Shown here: positions 42,869 to 55,675 of the stretch, in pieces
Layout: each line of letters begins with the position of its first letter
Numbering within the stretch: the first letter of the stretch is position 1
DNA from: Diplonema japonicum
Taxonomy: Eukaryota > Protista > Euglenozoa: Diplonemea
Direction: 5' to 3'
Assembly: GCA_964019335.1 (NCBI GenBank)
Contig: OZ025650.1
Span: 930,001 to 994,000 of the forward strand
Length of the DNA: 64,000 nucleotides
Notes under the pieces: model-generated
Databases searched by the model: none
What the model saw: only the letters and a program-made list of their open reading frames with translations
Told to the model about the DNA's origin: nothing
Made by a program: the position numbers and the translations under genes

Positions 42869-45405
42869 ATGGAATGGATGGAAAGTGACCGGAAGACGAC
42901 TTCCAGGGGCTACGGTGGGTTCATACTAGGATGTGTCGTGTCGGGGTTCGCCGCACTGCTTCTCTATGTACGGTTAGTATCAGAAATGAGGAAAATGAGC
43001 ATCATCAACGATGCGCTGATGGCGCGGCTTGCAGAAGCGGACATGGAGATCCCTGCGAACCCCGCCGTGCCGCAGGCTGCCGAAGGAGCTGAAACGTACA
43101 TTTTTCTGGGACTAATAACAAGTCTATTATTCCTGTCGCTGAGGTTCTTGCATCGAGAGTACAAGCTGCTTGTCCGGACACGCGGAAAGATATTTGCTGC
43201 TTCTAAAAAGGAGGCAGAACGCGAAGGTCAGCAGTATCACCACGACAGAGCCACGAACAGGAGGCTCATCAAACACTTCATCATGTACAGGCTGGACTAC
43301 TGGTTTAGTGCCTCGGTGTACAGCAAGCCACTCACCCTCCTCTTCCTCACCCTTGCACTTATCATAAGCGGTGGTGTCCTCTTCTACCTTGTGAAGCAAG
43401 ATACTGTTGGGTCCGCCATGTGGAACGCATGGGCCTTTGTCGCAGACAGCGGCGCGCATGCAGATGAGATCGAAACCGGTGCCCGTGTGGTAGGACTGAT
43501 GTTGACCATCGGTGGCATGTTGGTGTTTGCCTTGGTCATCGGTCTCATCAGCGATGCCATCAGCGACAAGTTCGACTCCTTGAAAAGGGGAAAGGCCAAG
43601 GTGATTGAAACCGACCACACTCTGATCCTCGGGTGGAGTGATAAGACCCTGCCTCTCATCCGAGAAATAGCTAACGCAAACGAATCACTCGTGAAGGAGG
43701 GCAAGCTGTGTGTGATTGCAGTGCTTGCAGAAGTGGAGAAAGAAACGATGGAACAAGAGATCCGCGACTCGAATATCGATTTACGAGGAAGCATGGTGGT
43801 GTGTAGGAGGGGCAATCCTACTGTACTGCACGATCTGCAGCATGTTAGTGCAAGGACAGCGCGGTCTGTTATCGTGTTGTCACCAATCGGGATGTCTGCA
43901 GATGAGGCTGACGCCAGGTCGCTGCGTGTAGTGCTGTGTCTGGTAGGTCTGCAGTACCGCCAGGGACACATCACAGTGGAGATCGCCGACGTGGACAACA
44001 GAGACCTTGTGCACATCATTGGCGGCGACCGTGTCGAGACCGTCGTGGCACACGACTTCATCGGGAGGCTCATCGTTCAGTCATCTAGACAGCCAGGTCT
44101 GGCACCCATCCTGGAGCGTGTCTTAGGCTTTGAGGGCAATGAGTTCTACATGGAAGAGTGGCCCACTTTGATCGGAAAGACCTTTGCAGAGGCATTATTC
44201 TGTTTTGAACATGCTATCCCGCTTGGTGTCAAGTATGGCGACGACGGTGCCACCTTCCTGAACCCGCCCGACAACTTTGTCATCAAGGAGGGCATGGAGA
44301 TGATTGTACTTGCTGAAGATGATGACTCGTACACTGTGGCGAAAGGACCGTTCGTAAAATACCCGCCCACGAAACATAAGAAGGTGATCTCACCGGTGAA
44401 GAGCGTGATGAAGAAAGAGCGCGTTTTGTTCATTGGATGGAGGAGGGATCTCTGTGACATGCTTCAAGAGCTGGACGATGCTGTCGGCAAGGGCTCGGTC
44501 CTTACTATCTTCAGCACCGTGCCGATACAGGCAAGGTATACACCCGCTGACTAAATCCACAACATAATACAGAGAGGAGAAGCTGGGCGCCAATGGGAGA
44601 ACAGGACATCTCACCCTTCGCAACCTGACCCTTGATCATGTCGCAGGGAATCCCGTGTCGAGGTGTGTTGTGCAAAAACAAAATTGAGCTCACATGCCCA
44701 CAGGCGGGAGGTGGAAGCGCTTCCAATTGAGAAGTACGATTCGATCTTTATTCTGGCCGACGAGGAGTTTGAGGTATGACACCATACGCGTTACCATGAC
44801 ACGCAGTCGGACATGGAGGCGGCAGATGGCAGGTCTCTTACTTCGCTGCTGTTGATCCATGACGTGAGGAATCAGAGACTGAACAAAGGGAGGTACACGA
44901 GCTTTGCGGAGCATCTTGGGAACAGTGTAAACAGTGTCACGGGCTCTCCGTCAAAGAAGAGCGGGAAGAAAAGCAGTGCACTGAATAATTTTGCAGTAGT
45001 CTCTGAGGTGATGGACCCCAGGACACGGAGCTTGATCAGCCTTGCGAAGGTGTCGGACTACGTCATGTCCAATGAGATGGTCAGTGCTGCGTTGGCTATG
45101 GTTGCGGAATGCAGGGACGTTAACGCGATCTTGAAAGAACTCCTGTCTTCGGATGGCAACGAAATCTACGTACGGCCCCTTGAAGACTACGTATCGCCCG
45201 GCAGAGAGCTCTCCTTTTGGGATGTCATGAGCATTGTTCGCACGCACGGGTCCATTCTAATTGGTATGGTGCCGTGAAGGTGGACTGAAAACAATTCTTT
45301 ATAGGTTACCGTGCTGGAGACGAACCCATCCTGAACCCCGAGAATAAACAAGAACTGCGAAAGTGGATGAAAGGTGAGAAATTAGTGCTCCTTGCTGAGG
45401 ATTAA
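42869..45405 (+). CDS. CASTOR/POLLUX/DMI1-family cation channel; exons 42869-44535, 44573-44662, 44704-44773, 44807-45263, 45305-45405
   Basis: WAFVADSGAHA filter, HTLILGWSDK, ADARSLRVVL, LGFEGNEFY and LFIGWRRD. Four introns (37, 41, 33, 41 nt) restore LPIEKYDSIFILADE and ADGRSLTSLLLI. Confidence 0.92.
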
Positions 45406-46005
45406 ACTTCTTGTTTTAGTGGGTTCGTTGCTAACACTTCTCCCTATCACATGATCCCTTTCTTCTTCTTTTATCGATTTATTTTACTCTGAAAAATATG
45501 AAAATAATTAAATTTCCCCCATCTTTATTCTTTGAATAGTGTTGTTTTTGAATTCCTTTTTGGGAAACTGGTGGGCAAAAAAAAAAAAGAAATATTGTAA
45601 GCCCTCCCGGAAAAAGGACAATCCCCTTTAAAAGATTTTTTGAATCAAACAAAAAGAAGCTTGCACCCCTTTTTTAAAAAAGAAAGGGGTAAGAAAGTGT
45701 TTTTTTTCTTCTTGCTTTGGGGCTTACGATGATGAATTAAATTACTAAATAATAACGAGCATATCAATACGTTTTTTTTTTATCCGGGTAAAAATGATCT
45801 CCCCTCACCCCTTTCGTGTATGAAAAGCTTCGTTCTTTTCTTGTGTGTGTTCGAAGACCTCCGATAACACCTTTTTCCCAGTCGTGCCATTGTCATGTTG
45901 ATTTTTGTGGTGCTTAAGCTACCGTGGGTGGGTTCATGTGGTTTTTGTTTTTATTTTTGCTTTTTTGGTTTTTAATATTACGCAGCACCGCAGTGAACAC
46001 CCACA

Positions 46006-47393
46006 ATGAGTGATCTGAGGAAGCGCAAGCATGGCTCTGATGATGGCTCCGACGAAGGTGTACTCGTCGACAAGCCTGCGGAAGTTGAGGTCTTCCCCCA
46101 GCAGAGCCCCACGGAGAGTGCAGTGGAGCCGACAGAAGATGAAGACGAACCACTTCCAACAGACCCCCCTCCCACGGCAGAGGAGCCTGAGGAACCACCT
46201 GTACCCCAAGAGGAGGTCTCTGCTGAACCATCAGAGGCCCCCACTCCCGCAGACCCAGAACCCACCAAACCCGAACCAGAAGCACCCGAACCCTTAGAGC
46301 TTAAGCAGGAATCGGATCTCAAATCCAGAACACGCAGCAAAACGGCCCCCGCTGTACGCGAACCTGAACCCATGTCCCCTGCCACCCCCTACACACCTAT
46401 CGAAGGCGAGGATGGGGAGCTGGCGGACACACTTAGTAAAGTGATGATGAAGAAAGTGGTGGACAGGTACCCCATGATGGAGGATGTGTTCCAGAAGCTT
46501 ATCCCAGTAGGCGAGAAGATCAGTGAGGGCATTGACACAGTGGGGCCGCACGTTATGAAAGCGTGGGAAAAGGCTCGCATTGTGTTCCAGAATTGCCCTT
46601 GGGAGATTATTCTGTCATTTGTGGGGCTTGTGCTGTGCTTCTTTGGGGGTGCCTTTGTCACTTTAATCGCAGCGGTGGAAGCCTTCCGCTTATGCGGCGG
46701 TTCTAGGACAATGCGGCACCTGAGAGAACTATACCGTGATTACGTGCGAGTGAGGTTGGCTGCAAGGAGGAACCAGTTAAGGAACCCGACTGCGAAGCTG
46801 AAGCCTCATGACTATCTAGTTGTGGCTTTCAAGTCAGTGAAGGATCCCCAGAGGCTCAGCAGCAGCATGTCAGGCGTCTACACGGCTTTGCTTGCAGTGT
46901 TCGCCACACTAAGAGTGCAGTTCGCAAGGACTATCACGCTGGGAAGCTCTATTGGCGACTTCATCAAGGTTCCTGTCATCAAGTATACAAAGCCGAGCCT
47001 CGAGCATGTTATTAGGGACCCTGATTACGTCAAGTGGATTCCCACTATCACCGAATGGTTGTGCAGAATGGTCGGCGTCTCCATCGCATGGTATGCACAG
47101 AGGATGAATGCTGCTCTGCAGTCCTCTCTGCGGGGCGGTCATATGTGCATCAAACATGCTGGAACGTATTTGCGCAACATGAAATATTTGCCCAGTACGC
47201 CACACGATGACATGCTAGAGGCAGGCGCAGGCTATGCTCTCGCGCTGTTGGGACTTTACTGCCAGTTATGGTGGGGGTATGTTTAAGTAACGCTTACCTA
47301 ACTAATATTAATAGGTTCAGCGTACCATTCCCTTTGAGCATCATTGTGCTTCCGTTGTCGATACTTGAGAGTTGTTTGCTTTTCTTCATGTAG
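46006..47393 (+). CDS. Membrane protein with Pro/Glu-rich N-terminus; exons 46006-47276, 47315-47393
   Basis: Long ORF; a 38-nt intron adds a GFSVPFPLSIIVLP terminal TM. Confidence 0.8.
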
Positions 47394-47486
47394 CTGTAGT
47401 TTGTGTATTATTATCATGCTTTGCATGTGTGCGATTTGAATTCGATGTGATGGACTCTCTCGATCTAACCATCACACAGGAACAAA

Positions 47487-48339
47487 ATGTCGGGGTTGTT
47501 GGACTTCTTCATGGGGAAGGAGAGGGAGCAAACGTATGTGGTGGAGGAGGAGGTATGTCATGGGTTTGTCTAAATTCATTGTTGTGCAGGACTTTAACCG
47601 CGTGCAGCACGACAAAGAGTCGATGACCTTAGCTGTCACAGAACTTTCGAATCAGGGGAAGGTATGGGCCAAACAAGCCGTTTATGCACGGCAGATGTTC
47701 GAAGCACAATACGGACCGATATCAGAATATGAATACCAAGAAGCAATCAACAGCAGGACCCCACAAGAAATTGCGGTATGGTGGTCACCGGGATAACACT
47801 TTGCACAGTGGGAGCAGAAGGCATCGAACGCATTTTGGCCAAAGGTCGGGTTCGGTGCTCTGGTGGGTGGTGCCTTGGGTGTAAGTTTTGCTCGGGGGCA
47901 AGCGAGCATATTAATACGTTCAAGGAAGCAGATTATGGATCAGCATGGGAAGAAAGCACTGAAGGATCCAGTCGTGCAGACAGCGTCATGGGCAGAAGAC
48001 ACCAAGAAGGTTAATAGGTGGTCACTGGCCATGTTTGGGTTAGGAGCGTTCGTAGGGGGGAACGTGTCATTTTCGAAGTACTATCCCGTGTACTTGGAAG
48101 AGGTAGCTTCTCTTCCCAACAGTCAGATGGCATTAGCTCTCAAGAGGATGCATCGACAGTACGAGATCAGCCAGGCAGCGACGCTGAAGCCTGTGCAAAT
48201 GAACAAAGTAGCAAGCGCTCAGACAGAACTGGACTCCAAGAAGTCATACGAAGAAGCGAGGGTGCCGACGGAATTGGCAGCTGGCCAAGCAATGGCCGCT
48301 GGGCTATCAGGTGGTGGATATAAGGCGGGTGGGTCTTAA
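47487..48339 (+). CDS. Hypothetical two-TM protein; exons 47487-47552, 47590-47661, 47695-47775, 47809-48339
   Basis: Three GTATG...CAG introns (37, 33, 33 nt) merge fragmented ORFs into one frame with two GxxxG TM helices. Confidence 0.7.
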
Positions 48340-48379
48340 CAGTATTTTCTACTATTCCACAGAAATCTTGCTTGCAGTG

Positions 48380-49576
48380 ATGGGGTGGGGTATTGATCCA
48401 AAAGAAAAGTTATGGAACGCATGTATCGATGGTGACACAAAGGGATTGAAGGAGGTGCTAGGTAGCGTTGATATACAAGCTATGAACAGGAGCGGATTGA
48501 GTGCCCTGCACCTCGCAGTAAAGCATGGTTGGGTACATATCGTGGAGCTTTTACTGGAGGCAGAAGCAGACGTCATGTTGTGTGTCAAGGAGAACAGCGC
48601 TGATGCCCACCTCGCTGGCTATACCGTTACTCACATTGCAGCGATACTCGCGGGTCGTGCCGATTGCCTTTCAGTACTCTTGAAGCACAACCACAGCACC
48701 ACTGACTGCCGGGGACACAACAGATGGACACCTCTGCACTGCGCGTCATTTGCTGGCCGGTATCAGTCTATGAGCCTCCTCCTTGAAGCAGACGCAAACC
48801 CAGATACAAAGACCAGCGATGGCAGGACGGCTCTGATGCTCGCTGCTAGTACAGCCATGCCGCGATCCGTCAGGCTCCTTCAAGGCGCTGCTGCTAATGT
48901 TGCGATGCAGGACAATGAGGGTAACACCGCCCTACATCACGCACTCGAAACCAAAACCATGAAGCTCCTCAACGGGAAGATGCAGTTGCGGGCAGACTGC
49001 TATGAGGCAGCCTACCTTCTGGTGCTGGCAGGGTGTGATCCTTCAGTGCCCTCGAAGCAAGGTGTAACACCCACGGACTATCTTGCACGAAACTGGCATA
49101 TTTTCTTTGCACTAACGTACAAGTGGCGTAAAAACATTTTGCGTGGCGGTGCTTTGCCATTCTCAGATGTTAAAGTGCCTAATGTCGTGTCTGGCTTAGG
49201 CTTTGAAGAGATTCTTTCTGCTGAGTTCAGCACGCTGCTTGCTTTGGGAATTGAAAGACAGGACGCCAGCGACCTCAAGGAATGCTTGTACAGTGCTTGG
49301 GGTGAAATTGCTAAGCTGCGCAACATGTCTACAGTGTCCGCTTCCCCAAGGAGGAGGACCAACACCAAACCGTCGCCCCCTCCTGCGGGGGCAAAGCCTC
49401 CTACCTGGAAGAAGCCTTTCGTAAATTTCAAAACACATGTGTTGCCTGTTGCACTTTTGGTACTTGCTTTTTGGCTCGGTTTGATAGTTGAGCGCTATAA
49501 AGACAACACTTTGCTGTATTTGGTAACCTTGCTGTTTCCAGACCCCTTTGCTGCTGGGGTTGTTGTAGATGTTTAG
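48380..49576 (+). CDS. Ankyrin-repeat protein with C-terminal TM
   Basis: GLSALHLAV, WTPLHCAS, GRTALMLAA and GNTALHHA repeats. Confidence 0.88.
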   Translation: MGWGIDPKEKLWNACIDGDTKGLKEVLGSVDIQAMNRSGLSALHLAVKHGWVHIVELLLEAEADVMLCVKENSADAHLAGYTVTHIAAILAGRADCLSVLLKHNHSTTDCRGHNRWTPLHCASFAGRYQSMSLLLEADANPDTKTSDGRTALMLAASTAMPRSVRLLQGAAANVAMQDNEGNTALHHALETKTMKLLNGKMQLRADCYEAAYLLVLAGCDPSVPSKQGVTPTDYLARNWHIFFALTYKWRKNILRGGALPFSDVKVPNVVSGLGFEEILSAEFSTLLALGIERQDASDLKECLYSAWGEIAKLRNMSTVSASPRRRTNTKPSPPPAGAKPPTWKKPFVNFKTHVLPVALLVLAFWLGLIVERYKDNTLLYLVTLLFPDPFAAGVVVDV

Positions 49577-49633
49577 TAGTTTTCTGAGTTACAACACATA
49601 TAGTATTGCACTCCGTCATATTTTCCAGACAAA

Positions 49634-49916
49634 ATGGTACACATGCGTGACAGAGCAGCGGGGGACCTCAACGAAGTGTTAGGAATAGAGCCAAAAGCAC
49701 TGAAGACATTGAGTATGGTTAACAGTCCCGATAAAGTTAAAAGGGAATCTTTGCACCATGGGAAGACTATTGAGGTATGTACAATCGCATTTTAACCCAC
49801 CACAGGAGCGGCTGAAGATTACACCAAAACAAAAACGCATCTCTCATTTGGGAACAACGAAGGTGAAATTCCATAAAATGGACGATTTAACGAAAAGCGG
49901 CTGGGATGGCATCTAA
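49634..49916 (+). CDS. Putative 83-aa two-exon gene absent from the ORF track; exons 49634-49774, 49806-49916
   Basis: CAG...AAAATG start; 31-nt GTATG...CACAG intron in phase 0; continuous frame to TAA. Confidence 0.55.
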
Positions 49917-49963
49917 TTTTCTGACGCCTAGTGTCTCCAAGTACCGCACCATAGAAAACAAAG

Positions 49964-51241
49964 ATGGCAAGGTATACGGTATTAACACCAGCAATGCAAG
50001 AGAAAGTACCAGGCGACAGAGACCTGCTTTACGAGGTTTTTCATGAAAATGAGAAGCAAGGTTTGTGGAAGAGGTTGGCAGGGCGTCTGGATAAGTTACA
50101 ACAGATGGGCGTGAACATCTTGTCATTGCCGCCTGTAGCTAAAGGCGCCACTGGAGAGGAGTCTTTTGGTTATGACCCGTGTGACTATTATGACCTAGGC
50201 GGGTACGCACAGTGCGGTGTGGTGGGCAGCAGGTGGGGGAATGAAGAAGACCTCCGCACATTGATACGCGAAGCACGCAATAAGCACATGCACGTCATCT
50301 GCGACGTGGTGTTCGTTACAGCTCACTCATCAGGCGCGGAGCCTGCTTCGAAGTGCTTTAAAAAGTGCCCTACGATACTGCGGGAAGTGGATGACACTCA
50401 ATACCTCCTTCTCAACCACCAGTTCACACAACAGCAGGTTTTCTGCTACTTAGATTATTTAACTTCCGATGTGGGCATCACAGGCGTGAGATGGTGCGGT
50501 TCTGACAGAGTTCCACCAAACCTCATCGAACAGTGCCAGAAGGCAGTCCCGCTTTTACGTGTGCACATCGCATGGCCGCGGTGGGACATCGGGGGCACGC
50601 CCGATGGTGCAAATCCGACCTACAAGACAGAAGACACGCAATACGACGATGTGCTATCCATTCGAGATTGGAATGCTAAGATATTGCCGTCTTCTATCAG
50701 CGTCCTGTTCATGGATTTCGTCTTTTGGTCACTTTTAACAAATGCCTTAATGACACCTCATGGACAAGCGTGGAAGAAGTTGCTTACATACGACACATCA
50801 CGCAGTGTGCTGTTCTTGAATTGCTTTGCAACTGCATACGTCAACAAGAGCAGGGTGTCCCTTCCCGCTATCTTACAGAGCTATGCATATATCATGATGT
50901 TGGACAAGGGTCTCGCTCTCATTGACGCAGGCCACAAAGATGTGCCCTTCGCAGCAGAAATCATAACGCTCCTTTCGAAGCTGAAACGCGGAAAACAGCA
51001 GCGGACGACAATCCTTTTTTGCGACGACACCTTATTGCTTTTGTCACGCGGTGTCTTCTTCACTTGCATTAATGCAGGCGGTGCAGAGCGCAGCCTTCGA
51101 TTTAGGTGTGGCAGTACCGACATTCTGGAAGGCATGTGTTTTACTGTCAACGAAGAAAGATGCGGTACAACTGGCGAGACAAACGGCATAGCGGCAGTAT
51201 CTGTGCCAGCAGGGGGTGTTGGTATTTGGTGGCACTGTTGA
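49964..51241 (+). CDS. GH13 alpha-amylase-like protein, catalytic residues degenerate
   Basis: LPPVAKG...GYDPCDYYDLG...SRWGNEEDLRTLI...ICDVV motifs; catalytic regions altered. Confidence 0.8.
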   Translation: MARYTVLTPAMQEKVPGDRDLLYEVFHENEKQGLWKRLAGRLDKLQQMGVNILSLPPVAKGATGEESFGYDPCDYYDLGGYAQCGVVGSRWGNEEDLRTLIREARNKHMHVICDVVFVTAHSSGAEPASKCFKKCPTILREVDDTQYLLLNHQFTQQQVFCYLDYLTSDVGITGVRWCGSDRVPPNLIEQCQKAVPLLRVHIAWPRWDIGGTPDGANPTYKTEDTQYDDVLSIRDWNAKILPSSISVLFMDFVFWSLLTNALMTPHGQAWKKLLTYDTSRSVLFLNCFATAYVNKSRVSLPAILQSYAYIMMLDKGLALIDAGHKDVPFAAEIITLLSKLKRGKQQRTTILFCDDTLLLLSRGVFFTCINAGGAERSLRFRCGSTDILEGMCFTVNEERCGTTGETNGIAAVSVPAGGVGIWWHC

Positions 51242-51303
51242 TTTACACTTGAACTTTTATGTATTTTATTTTATTTCTTATTCTTATGCACAACAGGCAT
51301 GTC

Positions 51304-53528
51304 ATGAACCACACACATGAGAGCACAGGGGGGGTGTCGAGCGTATTTGTTAACGGTCGTCTGTGTGTCTATGGAGGCCCAGTTCCAGATAAGGTGTGGC
51401 AGTTAGATGTGCAAGATTTCACATGGGATGAAATGCAGTGCCATGGAGACATCCCAGCTGCAAGGCACCACCATGCTGTGTGTACTTACAAAGATAGGAT
51501 GTTGATTCATGGTGGGATGCTGCTGGAAGGCGGGCACGAGGAGCACCCAGTGTACTCGATGGACGTGTTGACGGGGAACTGGACCCACATCCTCACGTCA
51601 GGCGAGGCACCGACCACAAGGTCGCACCACACGGCAGTGGTCATCGACGACATGATGGTCATATACGGTGGACGATGCTGCGCTGATAACCCCACTGCGC
51701 AAGAGCTGGAGGAGCAGAAGCGTGCAGGGTTCTTCGATGTCCACGTGCTTAACCTGCAACAGTTGAGGTGGTTCAGGATCGAACGGTACGACCCACTGGC
51801 CCCTATGTTGTGGGGTCACTCTGCTTCTGTCTTCAGGCATTTCATGATAGTTTTTGGTGGTTTCGATGTCTCGGAGTCTCCGCCTGCCTCTATCTTTGCT
51901 GATGTTTCCACGACACCAGTGGCAACCCTTTCCAATACTGTCTTCATCTACGATACGCAGCGTTGCGAGTGGAAAAAAGCTTCTCCACACCCAGGCCAAG
52001 CATGCCCTGTCCCACGAGCCCTCCATGCTGCCCATAACTTAGGGGCACAAATGGTGGTTTATGGAGGTATAACAGTTGACAACAACGGACGACCCACTAA
52101 CGTGCTGGATGCTTGGGTGTGGGACATATCTTCGGGGAACTGGACACCATTTTCATTCGCGTTGAGTTACTGGAGTGGGAAGAAGCCTCTTGGTGCGGTT
52201 CTCCCTGGCAGCACAGCCCTGATGGTAGCAAACAACCAAACTGAAGTGCACTTTTATACTCTGAGCACCGGGACGTGGCAGACACAGATTTGTGACCCAG
52301 CTAAGCTTTATAAACCGACTGTTCCTATCGACTACGAGCCACCGCAGCCACAACCTCCACCGTTCAAGCCTGAACCAGAGCCTGAGCCTGAGCCTGAGCC
52401 TCAGGTACCTGTTTCGATGCCGTCAGTGACCACATCCCCCCTTGATACTGGACCACTGCCTCTCACTGAGACAGCACAACCACAGCACCTCTATGAGGAG
52501 CATACATACCCGGTGCACCCCGAGCTTGTCCCGGAAGTGCACCCATATCCATCCGACCCTTATGCCGAGGAGAGAAGGCGGAACCACATGGTTCTTGTAC
52601 AGCAAGAAGAAAAAAAGCGAACTGAGCAGGTGGGCAGCCTAAGAGAGCGGATACTTGAAATGCAGGACCAATTGAACCATTACAGAAATATGCAGCACGA
52701 ACAAGCACAGCCGAGGCACTCAGTAGACCACCCGGAGATAAGTCCTCAACGCAATACAACTTACGCTATCCCCGCTACCGCCAAGGATGCAGATGCACAA
52801 GATGCAGCGGGGCAGTACATGTCTCAGCTGATGGAGCAATTCACACAAGTGCAGCATCAGAATAGGAGATCACTGGACGAAGCACATGCAAGACACAGAG
52901 CTCAGATGGAGGAAGCGAGGCGGCTGCATGAAGAGAGATTGCGGTTGATCAAACAACAGCAGCAAGAATACCAAGATGCCCAGCTGGAGCTTGCTCAGCT
53001 AGAAACAAAGCACGACAACGCCGAAGTACTGCGGAAGCAGACGGAACTTCTTCAAGAACAACAGCGGCAGCTAGCCGAAGTGCAAAAGGTCGTGCCTCCT
53101 GTTGAAGAGGAGAAGCCTCGTCAGACTAGCGGGCTGCCAACTCAAGTGCGTTCTATGGCTGCTGCTGTCGATAAACTAACAAAAGCTTCTGAATTACGTG
53201 GTCCTTCCGTTACCACGGCCTTCCCACGAGGGATGGAAGAGGTAGCGGGGATACAGAATGCCATCAAGCAGATGAACACTGCTTTTATTAAACCTGCACA
53301 CATTGATAACAGGGTACCTTCAATGCTGTCCCCTTCGAGGGAAGCTTCATTCAGCCCGGTGGCTGTACCGAACCACCTGCAGAACATCAAAAACCAAATA
53401 GCGAGAATTAACCGCACCACCCGGGAGGAATCCGAACGAGGGTTTTCAAAGAGGGTATGTCAACACGACACATGTTTAAATCTTTTCAGGTGTCGCCTCC
53501 CAGGCTGCGCCATGCTTCTGTAAACTAA
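51304..53528 (+). CDS. Kelch-repeat protein with Pro-rich linker and coiled coil; exons 51304-53454, 53490-53528
   Basis: Six Kelch repeats (RxHH...[YH]GG); 35-nt intron near the stop. Confidence 0.88.
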
Positions 53529-53590
53529 GCCGTAGATATACTTAGAGTAGATAGTATTGCCGACTAGGCCACTAATCAGTCACCACAGGG

Positions 53591-55675
53591 ATGGGGGTCA
53601 TTGAGCAGTTACGGCACGCTGAGGAGACGAGAAGCAGGCTGGCTGATAATGTGCAGGTATTGCAGATTGAGAAGTCAGAGCTGCTGAGTGTCATCGACAG
53701 CATGAAGCAGGACAAAGGGCGCCTGGAAATGTGTTTGCACGGTGCCATGGGGAGTGCACAAGGAAGAGAAGAAGAGCACCTAAAAGCCATCACAGAACTG
53801 AACAACGTAGTAGCAGAAAGGGATAAAAGCATTAGACTCTTGAGAGAGGCTGTGGAGACGAGCAAGGGGCATGAGCTTCTAATGGAGAATGAGCACCTTA
53901 AGGCAGAGAATCAGGATTTCCTCCATAGACTAAGCGCAGCACATATGGAGCTTGCGCAGTCTCAGCAGGCGCAGCCAGGCATTGCGCAGAAACATATTGA
54001 AGAATTGACAATGGAGAACACCGATCTTAAGAACGAGGTGCGTGCTACAGAAGATTTTTACCTCAAGAAAACAGAGAACCTTGAGGCCACCGTGCAAGAG
54101 CTCATACAGCTCGTGGAAAGCTCAAAAACTGACAGGGCTTTAGAAAGGGACAACGTGAAGATGCAGCTGCCCACCGCCAGCTACGTGTCCGCATCGGCAC
54201 TCTCACAGGAAACGGAAATTGCTAGAGAGCACTTGGCTTTAGAAGACAAAATCACAGAGCTCGAGGTGGTCAACAAAAAGTTAGTATCTGCGCTGCAAGA
54301 AACAGCGCATGCGTGCTTGGAGCAAGAAAGGGAGAGCCAAAGGGCGCAAGAGGGCACCGCCGCACACTCGATGGAGCACCATTTAGACCAGCTTAACATC
54401 GAGAGGAGTGAGATGCAAGATGTGATGCACAAAATCCTCACGAACGGCGTAGATGTGGAAGGTATCATCAGCGATATGAAGACGTCTTTTGAAGAAACAC
54501 TTATAAAGGTTCAGGACAACAATACGCACCTACATGGCATCGTGAGTCATGCAATGACTCTGCAAAAGCTCCTTAAAGCTGAAAGCGATATGAAAACCAA
54601 GCAGCTAGAAGCGCTTGCGACAGCTGATGATAGTGCTGTGATGCAGCTGTTGGAAGAGACGAACAGCCATACATCCACTGTTACCGCACTCCAGCTAAGG
54701 ATCACGGAACTTACGTTTCAGACACGCAACCTAGAAGGCGAGTTGCTTGATGCCAGAACAGAGCTAGAGATGGTCGCAAAGTCTGTCGTCGCCAATGACG
54801 AGCCCAGTATTGCTCTTGTCAATATCCTTAAGGGGCTCCTGCAACACCAAAGGGATATTACCAGAGCTGCTGTTAAGGAATGCATCACCAACGACGATAT
54901 AGTGTGTCAGCTGCAAGAATGCCTTGCAACCTTCAACGAGAGACCTAAAACACAGGCAATGAAGGAAAACTGCAAAAACTGCAATGAGCTCCACACCTAT
55001 GTTAGTGATATGGAAGACTTAATGGTCGAGAAAGAAGAAGCTTTAGCTGAGCTGCAGAAAGAAAATTCATGGAGGCAGGAGCAAATGCTTGACATGGAGG
55101 AAACAGGGGTTAAAATAGTAACCATGCGAGAGCAGATTGAACAACTGAATGCACATATTCAGCAAGTAGAGTCCGAGAGGTCACTGCTCCAAGAGAAATG
55201 GGACGAACTTGTAAAAGAGCACACAACAACTATGCAGCTGACTAAAGTAGCGTTGCAAGAACGCAAAGAGCAGTGCACCAGGTTAAAGGAGCAACTACAG
55301 GTAAAGGAAGGTTCCGACCAACGGCAGCAGCTAAGCAACAGGAATAGCACACAAAAGGGCATACCCGACAGGAACAGTGAGGTAGATGATATCCTTTGCT
55401 CAGCACTGAGCAAATGGAGCGTGCGCCACACAGCAGCAACAACGAAAGAACTCGCAAGGTGTGTCGCGAGTGTTCCCTTTAACGCCATGCGCGACGCAGT
55501 AGAACTCCTTGCAAGCTCCCTTGACATTTACCACGCTAATGACCTCGGCTGCCATGACATTGTGCCCCTCGTGATGCGGTGCATCAACAGAGTAAAAGGC
55601 ACAGGGCCCAGTTCAAGAGACTCCAACATTATCAACACACACGTAGACCCTGTCAAGGTGAGGTCTTACATATGA
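53591..55675 (+). CDS. Long coiled-coil protein
   Basis: 694-aa E/L/Q/K-rich heptad-pattern ORF. Confidence 0.8.
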   Translation: MGVIEQLRHAEETRSRLADNVQVLQIEKSELLSVIDSMKQDKGRLEMCLHGAMGSAQGREEEHLKAITELNNVVAERDKSIRLLREAVETSKGHELLMENEHLKAENQDFLHRLSAAHMELAQSQQAQPGIAQKHIEELTMENTDLKNEVRATEDFYLKKTENLEATVQELIQLVESSKTDRALERDNVKMQLPTASYVSASALSQETEIAREHLALEDKITELEVVNKKLVSALQETAHACLEQERESQRAQEGTAAHSMEHHLDQLNIERSEMQDVMHKILTNGVDVEGIISDMKTSFEETLIKVQDNNTHLHGIVSHAMTLQKLLKAESDMKTKQLEALATADDSAVMQLLEETNSHTSTVTALQLRITELTFQTRNLEGELLDARTELEMVAKSVVANDEPSIALVNILKGLLQHQRDITRAAVKECITNDDIVCQLQECLATFNERPKTQAMKENCKNCNELHTYVSDMEDLMVEKEEALAELQKENSWRQEQMLDMEETGVKIVTMREQIEQLNAHIQQVESERSLLQEKWDELVKEHTTTMQLTKVALQERKEQCTRLKEQLQVKEGSDQRQQLSNRNSTQKGIPDRNSEVDDILCSALSKWSVRHTAATTKELARCVASVPFNAMRDAVELLASSLDIYHANDLGCHDIVPLVMRCINRVKGTGPSSRDSNIINTHVDPVKVRSYI

